A stretch of 64,000 bases of DNA, taken from Vicugna vicugna. Its lineage: Eukaryota. The stretch covers positions 434,001 through 498,000 of the forward strand of contig MU058687.1 of NCBI GenBank assembly GCA_013265495.1. Reading direction: 5' to 3'. Within the stretch, counting starts at the first letter, position 1; each line of letters opens with the position of its first letter. The notes under the pieces were generated by a model. It made no database searches, was not told the DNA's origin, and saw only the letters and a list, made by a program, of their open reading frames with translations. Positions 24,130 to 37,329 of the stretch are shown here, in pieces. The position numbers were made by a program, and so were the translations under genes.

Positions 24130-26015
24130 ATACATGATCAGTTAGTACAATATAAATCTGAGAAATTTCAAATGAGGCCACATCAGAGCAAAAAGAAAAT
24201 AAAATATTGAATTTTTAATCTGTTACTAGCATGAACATAATTGTACAGATTTTTTTCCATCTAAGAAATAAGAAATTCTTCTGAGTAGCAAGTAGCCAAA
24301 TAAATTGATTCTAATTAGAGCAACACAATTCTGATTAGTTTTTATTTCTTAAGAGTGATTTTCCTTAAATATAAGGAAAACTTAGGAGTCTCTGTGATTA
24401 TATTTTAATTCCATTTGGAATTTAGACAATATTACCTTTTATTCAACCCAGCCTGTAACTGTTGGATTGGATTAAACATCACTACCAGTTGCTAACTGAT
24501 AAGAGATAAAACAAAGGGCATTCTATCAAGAAATTATGAATTTCTATTGCCTCATCTTTAGGAAGGCAGATCCAAAAAAAACAACGGTGTCTGTGTTGGG
24601 GGTGGGTGGCCAGTACGGTCGTAAGTGTATTTTATCAAAGTTTAATCACCTTAAGAGATTGAAGATTTTGACATTCTATCTGGCAGGTGGTAGTAATAAG
24701 CCTAAAATCTACAGAGTGCACAAACATTTTCAAGGTTTTTACCACCCTTAATTCATTGAACACTCCCGCCCCCACCATTGGAATAGGTTAGCATTATCCA
24801 CGTGACCAAATGAGGAAGCAGAGAAATAAATGACCTATGTCATCTGGCTGAAGACCAGCAATAACTCTATCACATCCAGAAGCCTTCTCCTAGTTCACTG
24901 GGTGAAGGCCATATCAGAAACACAAGATTCAACTGGGATGGTACAGCAGAGAGACAGAATCTATTCTGTTTAGCACAGAAATTTCTGTTCTGACTATATC
25001 AAAGAAACAAAAAACATACAGACAGGTGAATTAATGGTACCAGAAAAAACTGTCAAAGCATTTCTTTTACTACTTCACATATAGAAAGCTTTGAAATTTC
25101 TTAGGTCCCAATCAATTACTTTAAGGTTTCTTTCATGAAAAAGTGTCACAAATGAGAAATGCAGGCAAAAGGAAAAAAACAACATAAAAAATTTGGCAAA
25201 TAATACCAGGTTAGACTTACTTTAGGCAGGAGTCTTGCCCACTTTCACGGCTGGAACATCCCTTGATTTCTGGGCCTAAAATAAGTATTTATATAGTTTT
25301 GTAAAAAAAAAAAAATACTTATTGGCATCTGAATTAGTGACTGAAGCATTAATTAATGATTGCTGAAGAAATCCCTGAAATTTAACACTTGGCACATATA
25401 ACAGAAAGTTGATTTATCCGGTGTGTACTGAGGGATCCTTGAGAAGTGGTTTTAAGAAGCAGGAACAGTGACAATGATAAAATTAGTGGTCAGAAATCAC
25501 TAAGACAAAGTGGCATTCAGCAGGAAACAAAGAAACAGTTGTCCCAACTGTGGGACAAGTAGAAATGGATTGTATCTTGTGTAGTGTGGGATAAATGAGA
25601 GGCTCAGGAAAGCTTGGCAGAGGGATCTCACCCACTGCCATTTACATAGGGCTATGTTTGAGGATCAACCAAAGGGTGAATTATTTTTGACCTATTTCCC
25701 CATCTAAGGGAGCCTCCCCCAAAAAGGGAAGAACTTTTAGAAAACAGGTCTAAGCTCTTATTCCAGATAAGCATTTCACAGTTAAAACAGTTACCTCAAA
25801 AACAAAATTATGAAGAGCAAATGAAAATCTGATTTCAGAGTTACACTAGGAGTTTCCCTATTGGCATCTTTGCAGGCGCTAACAGTCCTTAGACAGATTT
25901 TAGTTACAAAGTATTCCAATCCCAGGGATCTTATCTGAGCAAAGTTGGCAGTTGGAGTTGTTCAAGAATAAAGGGAGATTACTGAGGACGGACTGAGTCT
26001 GCAACAAATTTGTTT

Positions 26016-26120
26016 CTAACGGCCCATGGTAGGCATGACTACAGCAGGTGAGGAAAGAGTAGCATCTTCTTCTTTCCACTGAGAAGTGATAGTCTTTAGC
26101 TGAGTGTAGAATTGGATGCC
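26016..26120 (-). CDS. ALDH6A1: ALDH6A1 exon 12, coding part
   Basis: tctttag|GGC...CGT TAG; GIQFYTQLKTITSQWKEEDATLSSPAVVMPTMGR*; the 12 exons sum to 1611 nt = 536 aa + stop. Confidence 0.96.
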   Translation of the reverse strand, partial: GIQFYTQLKTITSQWKEEDATLSSPAVVMPTMGR

Positions 26121-28111
26121 CTAAAGAGAATAAAGGAAACAAACATACAAAAAAACAGAGTTAGCATATATTCCTGGGGGGGTCTCACGATTCCTCTTCT
26201 AATCAACTTTTGAAGGAGGTGCTGTGAAATGTTATTCACAATCCTACTTGAGGAATAGTGCAACCAAAACTCAATATATTGTTCATGAGATTATCTATGT
26301 AAAACATTTAGCATATTACCTGGCACATAGTAAATAGTCAAATCTTACCTATTGATGTGCTGTAACTAGCCAAGATCATCTAAATGCAAAAACTAAACAA
26401 TGGAAACTGTTAAAACTATGACATAGTGTGCACCTCATAGCAATGTTGTGAGGGGAAAACAAAACAACACACAGACATTCCTGCAAAGCAACTGCTGTTC
26501 AGTAATTGTTATTTTGTTGTTTCTTCTCTCCTTCCCATGGAGAAGAAAAAGGAATGAAGGAATGAAATTTATATTAGGCTGTTTCTGGTATTTGTCAGTG
26601 ATAAACAGCTCTATACTGAAATAGTAAAATCCATAATATCTTACAAATTCAAAGTAAAATTTCTGATATTATACACATTCATTAAAACACCTATAATACA
26701 TGAGTCAAAGAAATTCAGCATATTTAAGGCTTTATACATAGTTTATAAGAATAGGCTTGAGCAAAAGAAAATAGACTGCACAGATCTAACACATAAAATC
26801 ACTAGCAAGCTAGAAAGATATTGTTAGGAAAAGAAAAACACCAGCTTGATTAAAATACTCTTCTAGAACTATTTGACAAAATCTGGGCCATATTAATATA
26901 TTGAAAACAACTTTAGAGATTATTACATACTTTCAATATAAGATGCAACTAAAGTTTACACTTTATTATGTGAGAATGATTCTTTCATCTCTTCTTTCCA
27001 AAATGCAAAACAGCAATTTAATTACCTAGGGATTTAAGACTTCAAACTGCATATAAGGTCAGTCTTTTACTCCGAGAAGCCTCATTTAGCAGAGTAACTT
27101 ATAGTAATTAAACAAAGACATAGGAGAAAAATAAAAACAAAAACAAATCCCAACAACCTATTTTAAGCAATAGTTTTACTCTGCTTCCTTTGAAAGAAAT
27201 TTTTAGTAATATCAAACTAGTCAGTTTTACAAAAACCATGACTAATGCACAAACTGGATGATCCACCTCCAAAAAACCAAAGTGTTTCTTAACCCGTTGG
27301 CCACACTGTTATATTCTGCTATGCAATCCCACTGTTAATTTATTATTAACCTATAAAAGGGAGACATATATAGAAAACAAGTAATTTATTACTAAAGGTT
27401 CTAAAATGGTCGTGTTTCTATGGGACTACAAAGAACTTTCACTACCCCATCTGTCCAGCACACATTTGGGTACTTGCTCTGTGCCAGGTACTGAAGATAA
27501 GTAATAATTACAGTGTGATGAGGGCTTAATTTGGCTTAAATAGTCCTACATGACTTGCCTCCACCTAACCTCTCTAACCTCATCTCTTACCACTCTCTTC
27601 TTCATTCACTTACTGTGCGCCAGCCCATTTCTGCTGTTTGAACATCCCAAGCCTATTCTTGCTTTAGGATATATGCACTAGTTGAAGGATGTGGTAATAA
27701 TGGTAATCTGGTTTCAGATCTACTTTTTGTTGTTCAGTGCTGTATTTATAGCACTTATAGAACAGTGCTTGATACACAGAAGGTGCTTAATAGAATATTG
27801 AGTAAATGAGTAACTATTACAGGAGAAATGTGTGCAGTGGAAGCACATGAGGATATATTCAACCCAGCCCTGAAGGGGATCGTGGTGGTCAGAGGTGATT
27901 TTCTGGAGGAGTTCCTGCTTTAAACTGGTGGTTAAGAGTTAGATAAAAGGGGGAGAGAGGGGAGTCAGGAAGAGAGGGTCGCAGGCAGAGGAAAGGGCAT
28001 TTACCAAGGCATGGACTTATTCATGCTCTTTCCCCAAAATTCTGTTGCCTTGAGTGATTCAGGAAGAAACAGCTTCGGCAAAATTTTGTTAGCTTTTACA
28101 TTTCTTTCTAG

Positions 28112-28123
28112 GGGACCTACTGA
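28112..28123 (+). CDS. BBOF1: BBOF1 terminal exon 12, coding part (GTY-stop), inside the last ALDH6A1 intron
   Basis: tttctttctag|GGG ACC TAC TGA; phase 0 fits exon 11; resembles the human C-terminus GTF as I recall it. Confidence 0.72.
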   Translation, partial: GTY

Positions 28124-28251
28124 CAAGCACTGCTGAACAACATGTGACCTCACAGAAGCTGCTGGCAGACTCTTCCTTGCAGAATCCTTGTTCCTGTATG
28201 TTCAAGAAGGTCTCTTAGAGGAGAAGATATTTTTTTTAAACTTGAAGTTAC

Positions 28252-28350
28252 CTGTTTGCCATAGAAATTGGTGTCTCCCCTGAAGGAAGATCGAGAGCCG
28301 GTGAATGAGAACATTGGCAAAGGCACTGGAATGGGGACATTCACCCCTAC
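28252..28350 (-). CDS. ALDH6A1: ALDH6A1 exon 11
   Basis: ctctag|GTA...CAG|gtaact; 99 nt, [33 protein letters not shown]. Confidence 0.96.
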
Positions 28351-28748
28351 CTAGAGCAGAACAGATCCACATCAAATACTAAGAAAAAGACTCAAATGAA
28401 GGAGCTCTCCATTTAGAAGCACAAATGCTTGGCATCAGAGAGACCAATCTTGTTTTTTTTTCCTTCTACTTTCTTAAAGCCTTTACTTTTGAGACATGAC
28501 AGGAAAATGTCTTACAGGAACACATGGAAAAGTAGTACATGATCACAGTTGAAAGTGAAGACAAGAGAGACCAATCTTAACTACCCACCTTCCACCCCAT
28601 CCTCCATCACATGAACTTTTATTCCTAAGGAAGAAATGGGGCATTGAGGGAGATGACAGGGGCAGTGACTGATCACTATTTACCTTTTCCCCTTACACAG
28701 GAAACAGTAAATGGTTACAAGAATCTCCTAGAAATTCTGTTCACAGAC

Positions 28749-28928
28749 CTGTCCGACATCCACCAGGTGGGAATATTTCCGAGCAGTGGCTCCATTGGTG
28801 GTGAAGATGGCAGTTCCATTTCCATATGGGTTGTTGTTCACAATCTTGATGGCTTCATCCAAAGTGCCTGTTTCCAGAACCACAAGAACTGGGCCAAAAA
28901 TCTCCTCTTTGTAACAGGTCATATTTGG
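28749..28928 (-). CDS. ALDH6A1: ALDH6A1 exon 10
   Basis: tggcag|CCA...CAG|gtctgt; 180 nt with EEIFGPV and [11 protein letters not shown]. Confidence 0.96.
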
Positions 28929-29756
28929 CTGCCAGGAATGATGCATTCAAAAAAGAAGTCAGTATTTTACGCCTATTTGGTACTTTATTATCCACTGCTT
29001 ACATGAACAGCTTTAATGTTAGTAATCTCTTTTCATTTTAAACCACGTATTAAAAAAAGTCATTTCTTGCTGGGTTCTATCTTCCAAGCTACCAGTCATA
29101 CATATAACTTGAAATTCCTAGTAAGTAGAACTATACGCCTTTTGTTTAAGCACTATATTTTTAGGTCTCTTGACTCATCACTAGCTTCCTCTTTTAGGCC
29201 TGTACTACTTGTTTATACAATTGTTATGTTACTGAAAATAACATATTTAAAGAAACTCTGTGCTAAGTTTTCTGTAACATAAACAATCCATTTTCATTCA
29301 TTCCTTTGCCCCCCAAATGAGTCTGTTTTTTATATTGATATCAGGTCACATTAAACATTCAAAACATCCTTCACCACTGTAGCGGGTCAGCTGTGTTTGT
29401 TGCTGATAAGTGGATGTTTCCTTAATGACTCTGTGGCAAGAAATTTCATAATTTCTACTACACTTACATTCAACTCTTGATCATTCAGGATTATAGTAGG
29501 ATTAGTGGAGATGTATGAATTAAAAAAAAATTAAAAAGCCTCCTAACCTCAATTTGGTCATTAAATTTAGCTGAGTGACTTAAGTTTTGACAAATAAAAA
29601 TCGACACCAATTCTTTTTCTTTTGTCACTTTCTGGTGAAGGTAGAGGTATTCAATAAATATTGGGTGGTTGATACTGATGGAGACACTGCAGTAGCTATA
29701 AGGTCAGCAGCAAGAAGGAGAGGGAAGAAAATTAACATTAAAAAAGTAACAAGTAT

Positions 29757-29913
29757 TGGAGGAGAGGGGATAGCTCAGTGGTAGAGTCCTGTGCTTAGCA
29801 TGCACGAGGTCCTGAATTCAATCCCCAGTACCTCCATTAAAAAATAAATAAAACCTAATTACCTCCCCTCCACTCCCCCAAATAATAATAAAAAATAAAG
29901 TAAAAAAATTTTT
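29757..29913 (+). mobile_element. Vic-1-like SINE, long form
   Basis: tRNA head + AAACCTAATTACCTCCCC tail; perfect 19-bp TSD TTAAAAAAGTAACAAGTAT (29738-29756 / 29914-29932). Confidence 0.9.
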
Positions 29914-29941
29914 TTAAAAAAGTAACAAGTATAATGTACGA

Positions 29942-30244
29942 TAGGGATTGACAAAATAATGGCCCATGGGCTGGATGTGGCTTGCTGCCTGTTTTTGTAC
30001 AGCCCACAAGAATGGTTTCTACAGTTTTTAAATGGTTGAAAAAAATCAATCATGACATATAAAACTATATGAAATTCAAATTCCATTGTCCATAAATAAA
30101 GTTTCACTGGAATATAACCACACAATGTTAATGGCTGCTTTAGCAGTAAAATGTCAGAGTTGAGTAGTTGTGACAGATTATTTATCCCTGCAAAGCCAAA
30201 AATGTTTACTCTTTAGCCCTTAATGGAAAGTTTTTCAACTACTG
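29942..30244. mobile_element. MER58-like hAT-Charlie DNA transposon
   Basis: ggcccatgggc...ctgcctgtttttgta...aaataaagttt...gagttgagtagttgtgacaga...gcaaagccaaaaatgtttact. Confidence 0.8.
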
Positions 30245-30441
30245 GAATAGTTGGAAGAGGTTGGGCGTCAAGAGGGGAGACTCATTCAGACTTGAGATAA
30301 AATAACTGAGTAATCTTGTCAAGAGATGAGGTCTCCAGTCATTAAATATCTTCATTTATAAATTGAAGGGATGAGATTCCATTGCCTCCAATGGTGCCTT
30401 AGCTCTCATATTTGTGAAATAAATAATCTAGAGTTGTTCAC

Positions 30442-30623
30442 CGTGACATTTGAGATGATGGTTGGTCCAACAAAGTTCCCATTTTCATAACCTTTGACTT
30501 TAATATTTCGACCGTCAAGAAGGATAGAAGCTCCCTCCTTTGTTCCACTATCAATCAGATTACAGACTCGCTCTTTTGCCTGGGGGGTGATCAAAGGGCC
30601 AAGATCAGCTCCAGGCTGGTCTC
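30442..30623 (-). CDS. ALDH6A1: ALDH6A1 exon 9
   Basis: tttacag|GA...ACG|gtgaac; 182 nt, DQPGADLGPLITP...GNFVGPTIISNVT. Confidence 0.96.
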
Positions 30624-30834
30624 CTGTAAAACAACACAGAAGTATGTAAGGTCTTCACTAACATAAATTATGACTGCTAACTAAAGATGAACCCAAATGA
30701 CAAGCAGTACAGTACAAAGAGAGGCAATGGTAAGAATAAACATGCTTGCTCCCAATGGGCGAGGCCAATGCGAAAATCAAGAGCTTAGTGCCACAGACAC
30801 GCAGGCTAAAGGAGCTAGGCAGATAACAGGTTAC

Positions 30835-31024
30835 CTGCATTGACTCTCAGGTTTTTGGCATGCTCTACCAGCTCTGGGAGCCACTTCTTAGATTCTCCCA
30901 CAAGGATCACTGTTGAAAGAGCCATGCAGCGCTGACCAGCAGCTCCAAATGCTGCCCCAACCAGCTGGTTCAGAGTATTTTCCTTATTGGCATCTGGCAT
31001 GACTACCCCATGGTTCTTGGCTCC
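30835..31024 (-). CDS. ALDH6A1: ALDH6A1 exon 8 (catalytic Cys)
   Basis: tcttag|GGA...G|gtaacc; 190 nt, GAKNHGVVMPDA...FGAAGQRCMALS. Confidence 0.97.
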
Positions 31025-32350
31025 CTAAGACAATACAGAAAGTACATGAATCTTCCTTGGCAAATACAATTAGGCTAAGAAACAAAAGAATCTGAGATTC
31101 AAATGAGAATTTCAGGAAAGGATTAGAGAGTCTATCTTTTGTTACTTTGAAAACAGATTTATTATCATTTTGATACTGCTGAAGTCTTGGTAACATTAAG
31201 CAAGTCTCCAAGTAACTTCACTTTTTAAGCGGGAAAGTTGATAGATGTTTATTTACAACAAAACCATTATCAAAACCAAACAACACTGCCCCAGTCACAT
31301 TCAGTCCAACTGACAGGCTAAACTTCATTTAGGAACCAAGGAGAACTCCCTTCTCTTTCCTAAGTTAGATAGGAAAGCATGTGTTGTCTGTCAGGGTTTC
31401 CACTTATATGAAGAGCAATGTAAACCAATAGCTGCTAGTAGCCAGCTGAAAGGCAAAACCTCCTGATACATAATTTCTGGAAAGAGGCTTGCTTCTGGAT
31501 ATACAGCCTCATAAACTTCTAAATAGGATGACATGTGGTCATTTCCACACGTTTCCAGATACAACTATAGCTAAGTGCATGAATATAGACCATGTCTGCT
31601 ACTTAATTGTATCCTATTACATGTAGTGTAATGTTAGACACAGAATACATTCAAGAAATATGAAGTGAACTGGGAGAGGTATAAGTCAAACGGGTCAAAA
31701 CACATTCAGCCATGAAAATAAATAAATGGACATATTATAAGCAGTTTCTAAGCCTGTGTATAGATGGCTATCCTTTATGCAACATTAGTGGAATGGTAAG
31801 AAAATGGCAACTGGATATTATATTTAGTATCAAAGAATTGCAAAGTATTTGGCAAGGAACTGGTTAGTAAGGAACAGCAAAACTATGCAACCAAGTAAAT
31901 CACGCTCATTTATCATATGCGGTATTTGGCTCTTTTCAGTGCCTTAAATAGCCTGGACTTTTAGGGAAGATCATATCTTTAACAGTAGTGGTTAGGATAT
32001 GCCTTACAAGAAGGAAAGATAAAGGGCTAAAAGCATGGTATGAAGGAAGCAACAGGGCCAGAAACAGAATTTGGCTGTTATTGCTGAAGCCCAAGGAATT
32101 TGAATAACATTCTTAAGGAGAAATGTGACTTCTGTCACCAAGATTACCCGGATCAGATAAGAGGTAATTAAAGTGACTGAGAATAAAACTCATCACAAGG
32201 TTCGTGCTTAAAGGGAAGACAATCAGGATGAACTGTGAATAAACAAACATTGACATTAGAGTGGGATGCATGGCCACTTTGCTGAAAGGCTTTTTCAAGG
32301 TAATTTTAATATACATAACAGACTTTTGGGGAAGAAGAATAAGAAGTCAC

Positions 32351-32472
32351 CATATTGGCTTGAACTCTCTTGCCATGTCTTGACCCTCTCTCGAAGATGT
32401 ACTCTCCTGCCTGGTTGGAGCCCACAAAGCTAATTGCTTTGATATCCGGATGATCGCAAATGAAGTTCACAG
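32351..32472 (-). CDS. ALDH6A1: ALDH6A1 exon 7
   Basis: ttaaag|CT...ATG|gtgact; 122 nt, VNFICDHPDIKAISFVGSNQAGEYIFERGSRHGKRVQANM. Confidence 0.96.
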
Positions 32473-33009
32473 CTTTAAGAAGAAAATAAATGATTACCAC
32501 AAAGGAACAAAGGGTTATGGGCTTCTCAACACAGCAAATGCCCCCTTTTCCCACTGTTGTGAGTGAGAGGTTTCATACTTTTGTTTTTCTACCCTGGATT
32601 CCCATTTTGGAGTCCTGTCCTTGTTCTCGTAAGTTCTTAAAGCTACAGATTCTATTTAGCCTCTCTTTATTTTTCTGATTTGCTAGTCTAGAATTCCCAC
32701 TTCTAATTCTGAAGGCTACAATTGCTATTTTCCAACAAAACAACAGCCTTTCAATACTCGACTCTTCCTTTTGTTCTTTAAGAACGTGGTATTTCCTCAG
32801 TTGTCACTATATCCCAGGGCTCCCAGATACTATTGTGCCCTCATATGAGAGGCAATATAGCATAATCTTTAAAATCCAAGGTCAGCCTTCCTAGGTATAC
32901 ACATCCTAGCTTTGACAGTTTCTAGCAGCAAATCACTTAATTTCATTCTGCCTCAATTTTCTTTTATCTGTAAAATGGGAAACTAATAGAACCTACCTCA
33001 AAGGGCTGT

Positions 33010-33054
33010 TTAAATGAGATAATATATAAAGATTAAATGAGATAATATATAAAG
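33010..33054. repeat. 23-bp tandem duplication within a MIR
   Basis: TTAAATGAGATAATATATAAAG(A) x2. Confidence 0.9.
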
Positions 33055-33462
33055 GCACTAGGAACAGTGCCTGAAACAGAAGCACTTTTTAAGCGTTAGT
33101 ATTATATGAATTAGAAGGACTTCAGTACCACTGAGGTCTATAAAATCCGGGTTAAATATCCTTATAAGTTCTCTCAATATTGAAGTGAAAACTTTCTCTT
33201 TAGTCTTAACTGTGTCTTGCCTTAATCATATTTCTTTGTTCTAATGTATTCTGTAGGGCAAGAACCACAGCTACTCCCTAGAGAGTTACCTTAGCACCCG
33301 GAGATGGCAAAACAGTCAAGAAACATTACCTTCAAACATGGAGGTTACTATTAGTAAATCCTTTCCTCCCTAGATTCTTCATCCTAAAACACCCCATCAC
33401 TGACTCAACACCCTGACTTTTTTGGTAGCCGGATTAAGTGTCACGTGCAGAGGGGCGGTTAC

Positions 33463-33765
33463 CTTCATGTTGTCCATGGATGATATTCAGTGTTCCGTCA
33501 GGGGCACCAGAGTCCTGGAGCAACTTGGCGAGAAGCATGGTTGCTCCAGGGACTCGCTCTGATGGTTTCATTAGGAAGGTATTTCCACACACCATGGCTA
33601 CAGGAAACATCCAAAGGGGGATCATGGCAGGAAAATTGAAGGGAGCAATGCCTGCACACACCCCCAGAGGCAAACGGTAGGAATAAAGGTCCATGTCTTT
33701 GGTGATGGATGGCATGGTCTCTCCCAGCATGAGGGATGTCACACTGCAGGCATGCTCAACCACCT
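33463..33765 (-). CDS. ALDH6A1: ALDH6A1 exon 6
   Basis: ttccag|AG...G|gtaacc; 303 nt with ALDH motifs PLGVCAGIAPFNFP and KPSERVP. Confidence 0.97.
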
Positions 33766-34173
33766 CTGGAACAGAAAAGAAGCAGTCAGGCCACCAGCCC
33801 TGCACACTGTGCACTACTAAGCTTCGTCATGCTCTAGTTAGCTCTGCGTGGCGAGGCCAATGCAGAGGGAAGAAATACTAACTTGCTATGTAAAGGGGCT
33901 GTGTAAAATGAGATTCTCTGAATGGGGAAAAAGACAGTGAAATGTATATACCAACTGGAAGATCATCTGAGTAAAATAAAGAATGAAGTAAACCAATCGC
34001 ACAGATATCTGAGAAGTATTGACATTTTCCACAAGTATTAAAAAAGATAATCATGGGATAGCAAAATATACATCAAGGAAGGAGCAACCCCTCATTCTGG
34101 GATCTTTGCCTCCAATATTCCTTTGCTCCCTCCCAAAGGTCCCTGAACTCCCCACGAGGGACTCTCAGCTTAC

Positions 34174-34252
34174 GAAGGCCTCGAAATACATCTCCTTCGG
34201 CATCAGCTAGGGTCTTCCCTTGTTCCAGCGTAATTATCCTGGCAATTTCTTT
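34174..34252 (-). CDS. ALDH6A1: ALDH6A1 exon 5
   Basis: ctctag|AAA...C|gtaagc; 79 nt, KEIARIITLEQGKTLADAEGDVFRGL. Confidence 0.95.
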
Positions 34253-34480
34253 CTAGAGAGAAAACACATAAATAGAAACCAATGCAAGAATGTGCCTCCT
34301 TTCAGTCCCCAGGCAGCCAAAAAAGAATAAAACTGGGGGAGAAGTAGTATAAGGCAGAGAGCCATGCTCTCTGTCTCTCTGGATTGTAGAGTCAGGGAAG
34401 GCTGCTACAAGGGCCTCTGAGGGAGTGACAAGTCTCCCCTAGGCAACAGTTTAGAAAATTATACCATTCAGATTTCTTAC

Positions 34481-34642
34481 CAAGTTTTCTTTAATAAGTT
34501 GTTGATAGCGGAGCAGGACCTGCTGACGGCTTAATATTGAAGTGTCTGCCCATGCGGGAAAAGCACGTTTGCAGGAAGAGACTGCTGCATCCATTTCAGC
34601 CTTGGTGGCATGAGGGACCCGACCAATGACCTCATTGGTGGC
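34481..34642 (-). CDS. ALDH6A1: ALDH6A1 exon 4
   Basis: catcag|GCC...TTG|gtaaga; 162 nt, ATNEVIGRVPH...RQQVLLRYQQLIKENL. Confidence 0.95.
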
Positions 34643-34807
34643 CTGATGGGAAAAAGCAGCACATCACCCTTTGCCCCTGCCTCACTTTCTCCATTTTTCA
34701 CACAGGCACCGGGGCAGACAGGTGTGCTTCATAATAGACACCCAGATCCCGATTTTCCCACCATGTTCCCAGAATTCTAGGCTAAGTCCCAATGCAGCTT
34801 AGCTTAC

Positions 34808-34882
34808 TGGATTGTGGATGTCGATCCATTTGTCACTTTTGGATTCTACGAATTTCCCATCAATGAAGAGCTTTACAGTTGG
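34808..34882 (-). CDS. ALDH6A1: ALDH6A1 exon 3
   Basis: ccgcag|CCA...CCA|gtaagc; PTVKLFIDGKFVESKSDKWIDIHNP. Confidence 0.95.
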
Positions 34883-35731
34883 CTGCGGGGAAAAATAACC
34901 CACAAAACTTTGTGTTAGTTAATTGTTTTACTTCTCTCTTTCTTTTCAAAAAGAAGGAATTGGGGTTGATACCTGAATCTTCTGCTCTTCAGAAATGTTA
35001 CCACTAGGAAAGAGATACACAGTACACTTGTCTATAGTGCTTATTAAGATGCGGCAGAGCCCCTCAATACCATGATCGCTCTGTAAATGGGAAATGCTCT
35101 GCTAATCACACAGCGGAACTTCACAAGTAAACACATATCACTGAGAAGCTTATGCTGAAAAGCAGCAGACTCTGTGAACAAAGATTAGCTACTGTGACTC
35201 ATTGGCCCAGCTGACTTTCTGTCACATTACTATGAGCATACATTACCTTTATGATCAAAAGATTTTTTAAAATGTTTCTGTGTAGTTTTTCTGAGAAGTA
35301 GCTTGCTTTCATTAAAATTGCAAAAAAGGTGAAGGACTACTATGTTACAGCATGTATGTACTTTCACATAAAAAGGATTCTGAGCACCAGTCATTATTTA
35401 GTAGATTTTAGTTACTGCAAAAAGCTGACAGATAAGTCTGTAAAAACAATCCTAAAGGTCTGAAAGAAAAAGACTGTTAGGATCCACAAAACCTCCAGAG
35501 GCCATGAAAATCTTTGTATCTTTTCACACAGTAACCCTATTTCAGAATGGAAATAACACAAAAGAAGGAAAAAGACTATATAAATAAACGTTTGCTTTAT
35601 AATACTGAAAAATGGAATCAATGTAAATGTTATTTGGGAAAATTATTAGTTAATTCAGGCTGCATCTACTTGATGGAATATTATATAGGCATTAAAAACC
35701 ACAGTTATAAAGACCATCATATAACACTGGA

Positions 35732-35780
35732 AATGCTTGCAACAAAATAGGCATAATGCTTGCAACAAAATAGGCATAAT
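35732..35780. repeat. perfect 23-bp tandem duplication
   Basis: AATGCTTGCAACAAAATAGGCAT x2. Confidence 0.95.
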
Positions 35781-35911
35781 ATGAGATTAAAAAACCAAGA
35801 AAATTTCACATAAACTCTGACCACAATTATGTAAAAAAGATAAATGGGAATACCCCAAAATTACACTGAATTCCTTCTCAGAAGTCAACCTTTACTGCCA
35901 AATAAACTTAC

Positions 35912-35974
35912 CACTGAAGAAGAAGAAGAGAAGGAGGATGCTGGATGCCACCTGGAGTATACCCCAGAAGAAAC
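35912..35974 (-). CDS. ALDH6A1: ALDH6A1 exon 2
   Basis: cctcacag|GTT...GTG|gtaagt; 63 nt, VSSGVYSRWHPASSFSSSSSV. Confidence 0.9.
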
Positions 35975-36329
35975 CTGTGAGGAAAAAGAATGATTATTTT
36001 GATAAATGAGAGCAGAAAATTATTAAAAATTTAGTAAATGGCTACTAAATGTTTAACATACTAGTTATTGTGAGTATATGAAAAAGGACTTGGTGAGTCT
36101 TTAAAGAGAAAAGTTGGGAGACTATGACATAGCAAACTATGGGAGAACAATAAACCATAATGATCACGTGCTCAATTTCCAGGACTGTCCTGATTTAAAA
36201 AAAATTTTTTTGTCATTAGACCATATTTTCCTAATGTTTGTCCTGGTAAGGTAATCACCATAAATCTAACAATATGAAAACAGTTAGATAGTATATAATC
36301 AAGTGTCAAATGTATGTATAATATGCCCA

Positions 36330-36820
36330 CATAAATACCTAAACATGAAAATGTTCACAGTAGCTTTATAAAAGACCCAAACTTGGAAATAAACTAAATA
36401 TCCACAATTGGATGGATGAGTAGGGAAACTAATATAGTATAGCCAAATATTGGAATACTTCTCAATAACAAAAAGGAACAGACTATTGATACATGTAACA
36501 TCATGGATAATTATAATTATACTGAGTGAAAGGAATGAGACATAAAAAAGAGTTTATACTGCATAACTGCATTTATAAAAAACCCAGAAAATATAAACTA
36601 ATCTGTAGTGTCAGAAAGTACATCAGTGGTTGCTTAGAGACATGGGGGAGAGAGGGAGAAGGGGATAAAATGGAAATTTTTAGGGGGGTGGTTATGTTCA
36701 TAGTCCTGATTGTGATGTTTTCACAAGTGTATACAAATATTAAAACATCAAACTGTATACTTTAAAATATGTAGTTTATTTTATGTCAATTTTATTTCAA
36801 TAAAACAGTTTTAAAAAAAT
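36330..36820 (+). mobile_element. old L1 3' fragment
   Basis: aatgttcacagtagctttat...catggata...ctgagtgaaagga...catcaaactgtatactttaaaatatg...tcaataaaa. Confidence 0.7.
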
Positions 36821-37329
36821 GCTACATGTACCTAACAGGAAAAGAATGTGTTGTATAGATAATATTTAAAAGGGTAGAATCAACAAATGGCAGGGGATGG
36901 GGTTATAATAGTCTCTTAGAGTCACTCTCTCAAAAAAACAGTTTGCATATATGCTATGGAAATTGTTTTAAGAAATACTGAAGTCTAATCAAAGTGAGCA
37001 AACTGAAATACTCAGGACTGCAATATAAAAGGAACCTGCAATCTAATAATCTATTACCTTGTGTGAAGAGATGCTGTGTTAACCAAAGGGTACAGGGCTG
37101 TATGAAGTACAAGAATCTGTGTGCCGACCGCATTGCCCAGAGGAAAGGGTGCTGGTCCTTTGGGCCAGCAGACAATCCTTCCAAATGCCTAGTCCACTTC
37201 CCCTCCCATTCCCCACAAAAGCTTTTTCAAACTATCAACTCTCCTGGAGACCACTGTTATCTTATTTATAGTCACGTTCCCAATACCAACAGAGTACCTG
37301 GTACACAGTAGGTGTTCAATAAATATCTA

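Noticed and set aside
28644..29006. 120-aa plus-strand ORF in the putative BBOF1 3' UTR
   Set aside because: It is the antisense shadow of ALDH6A1 exon 10, starts at TTG, and has no independent coding signal.
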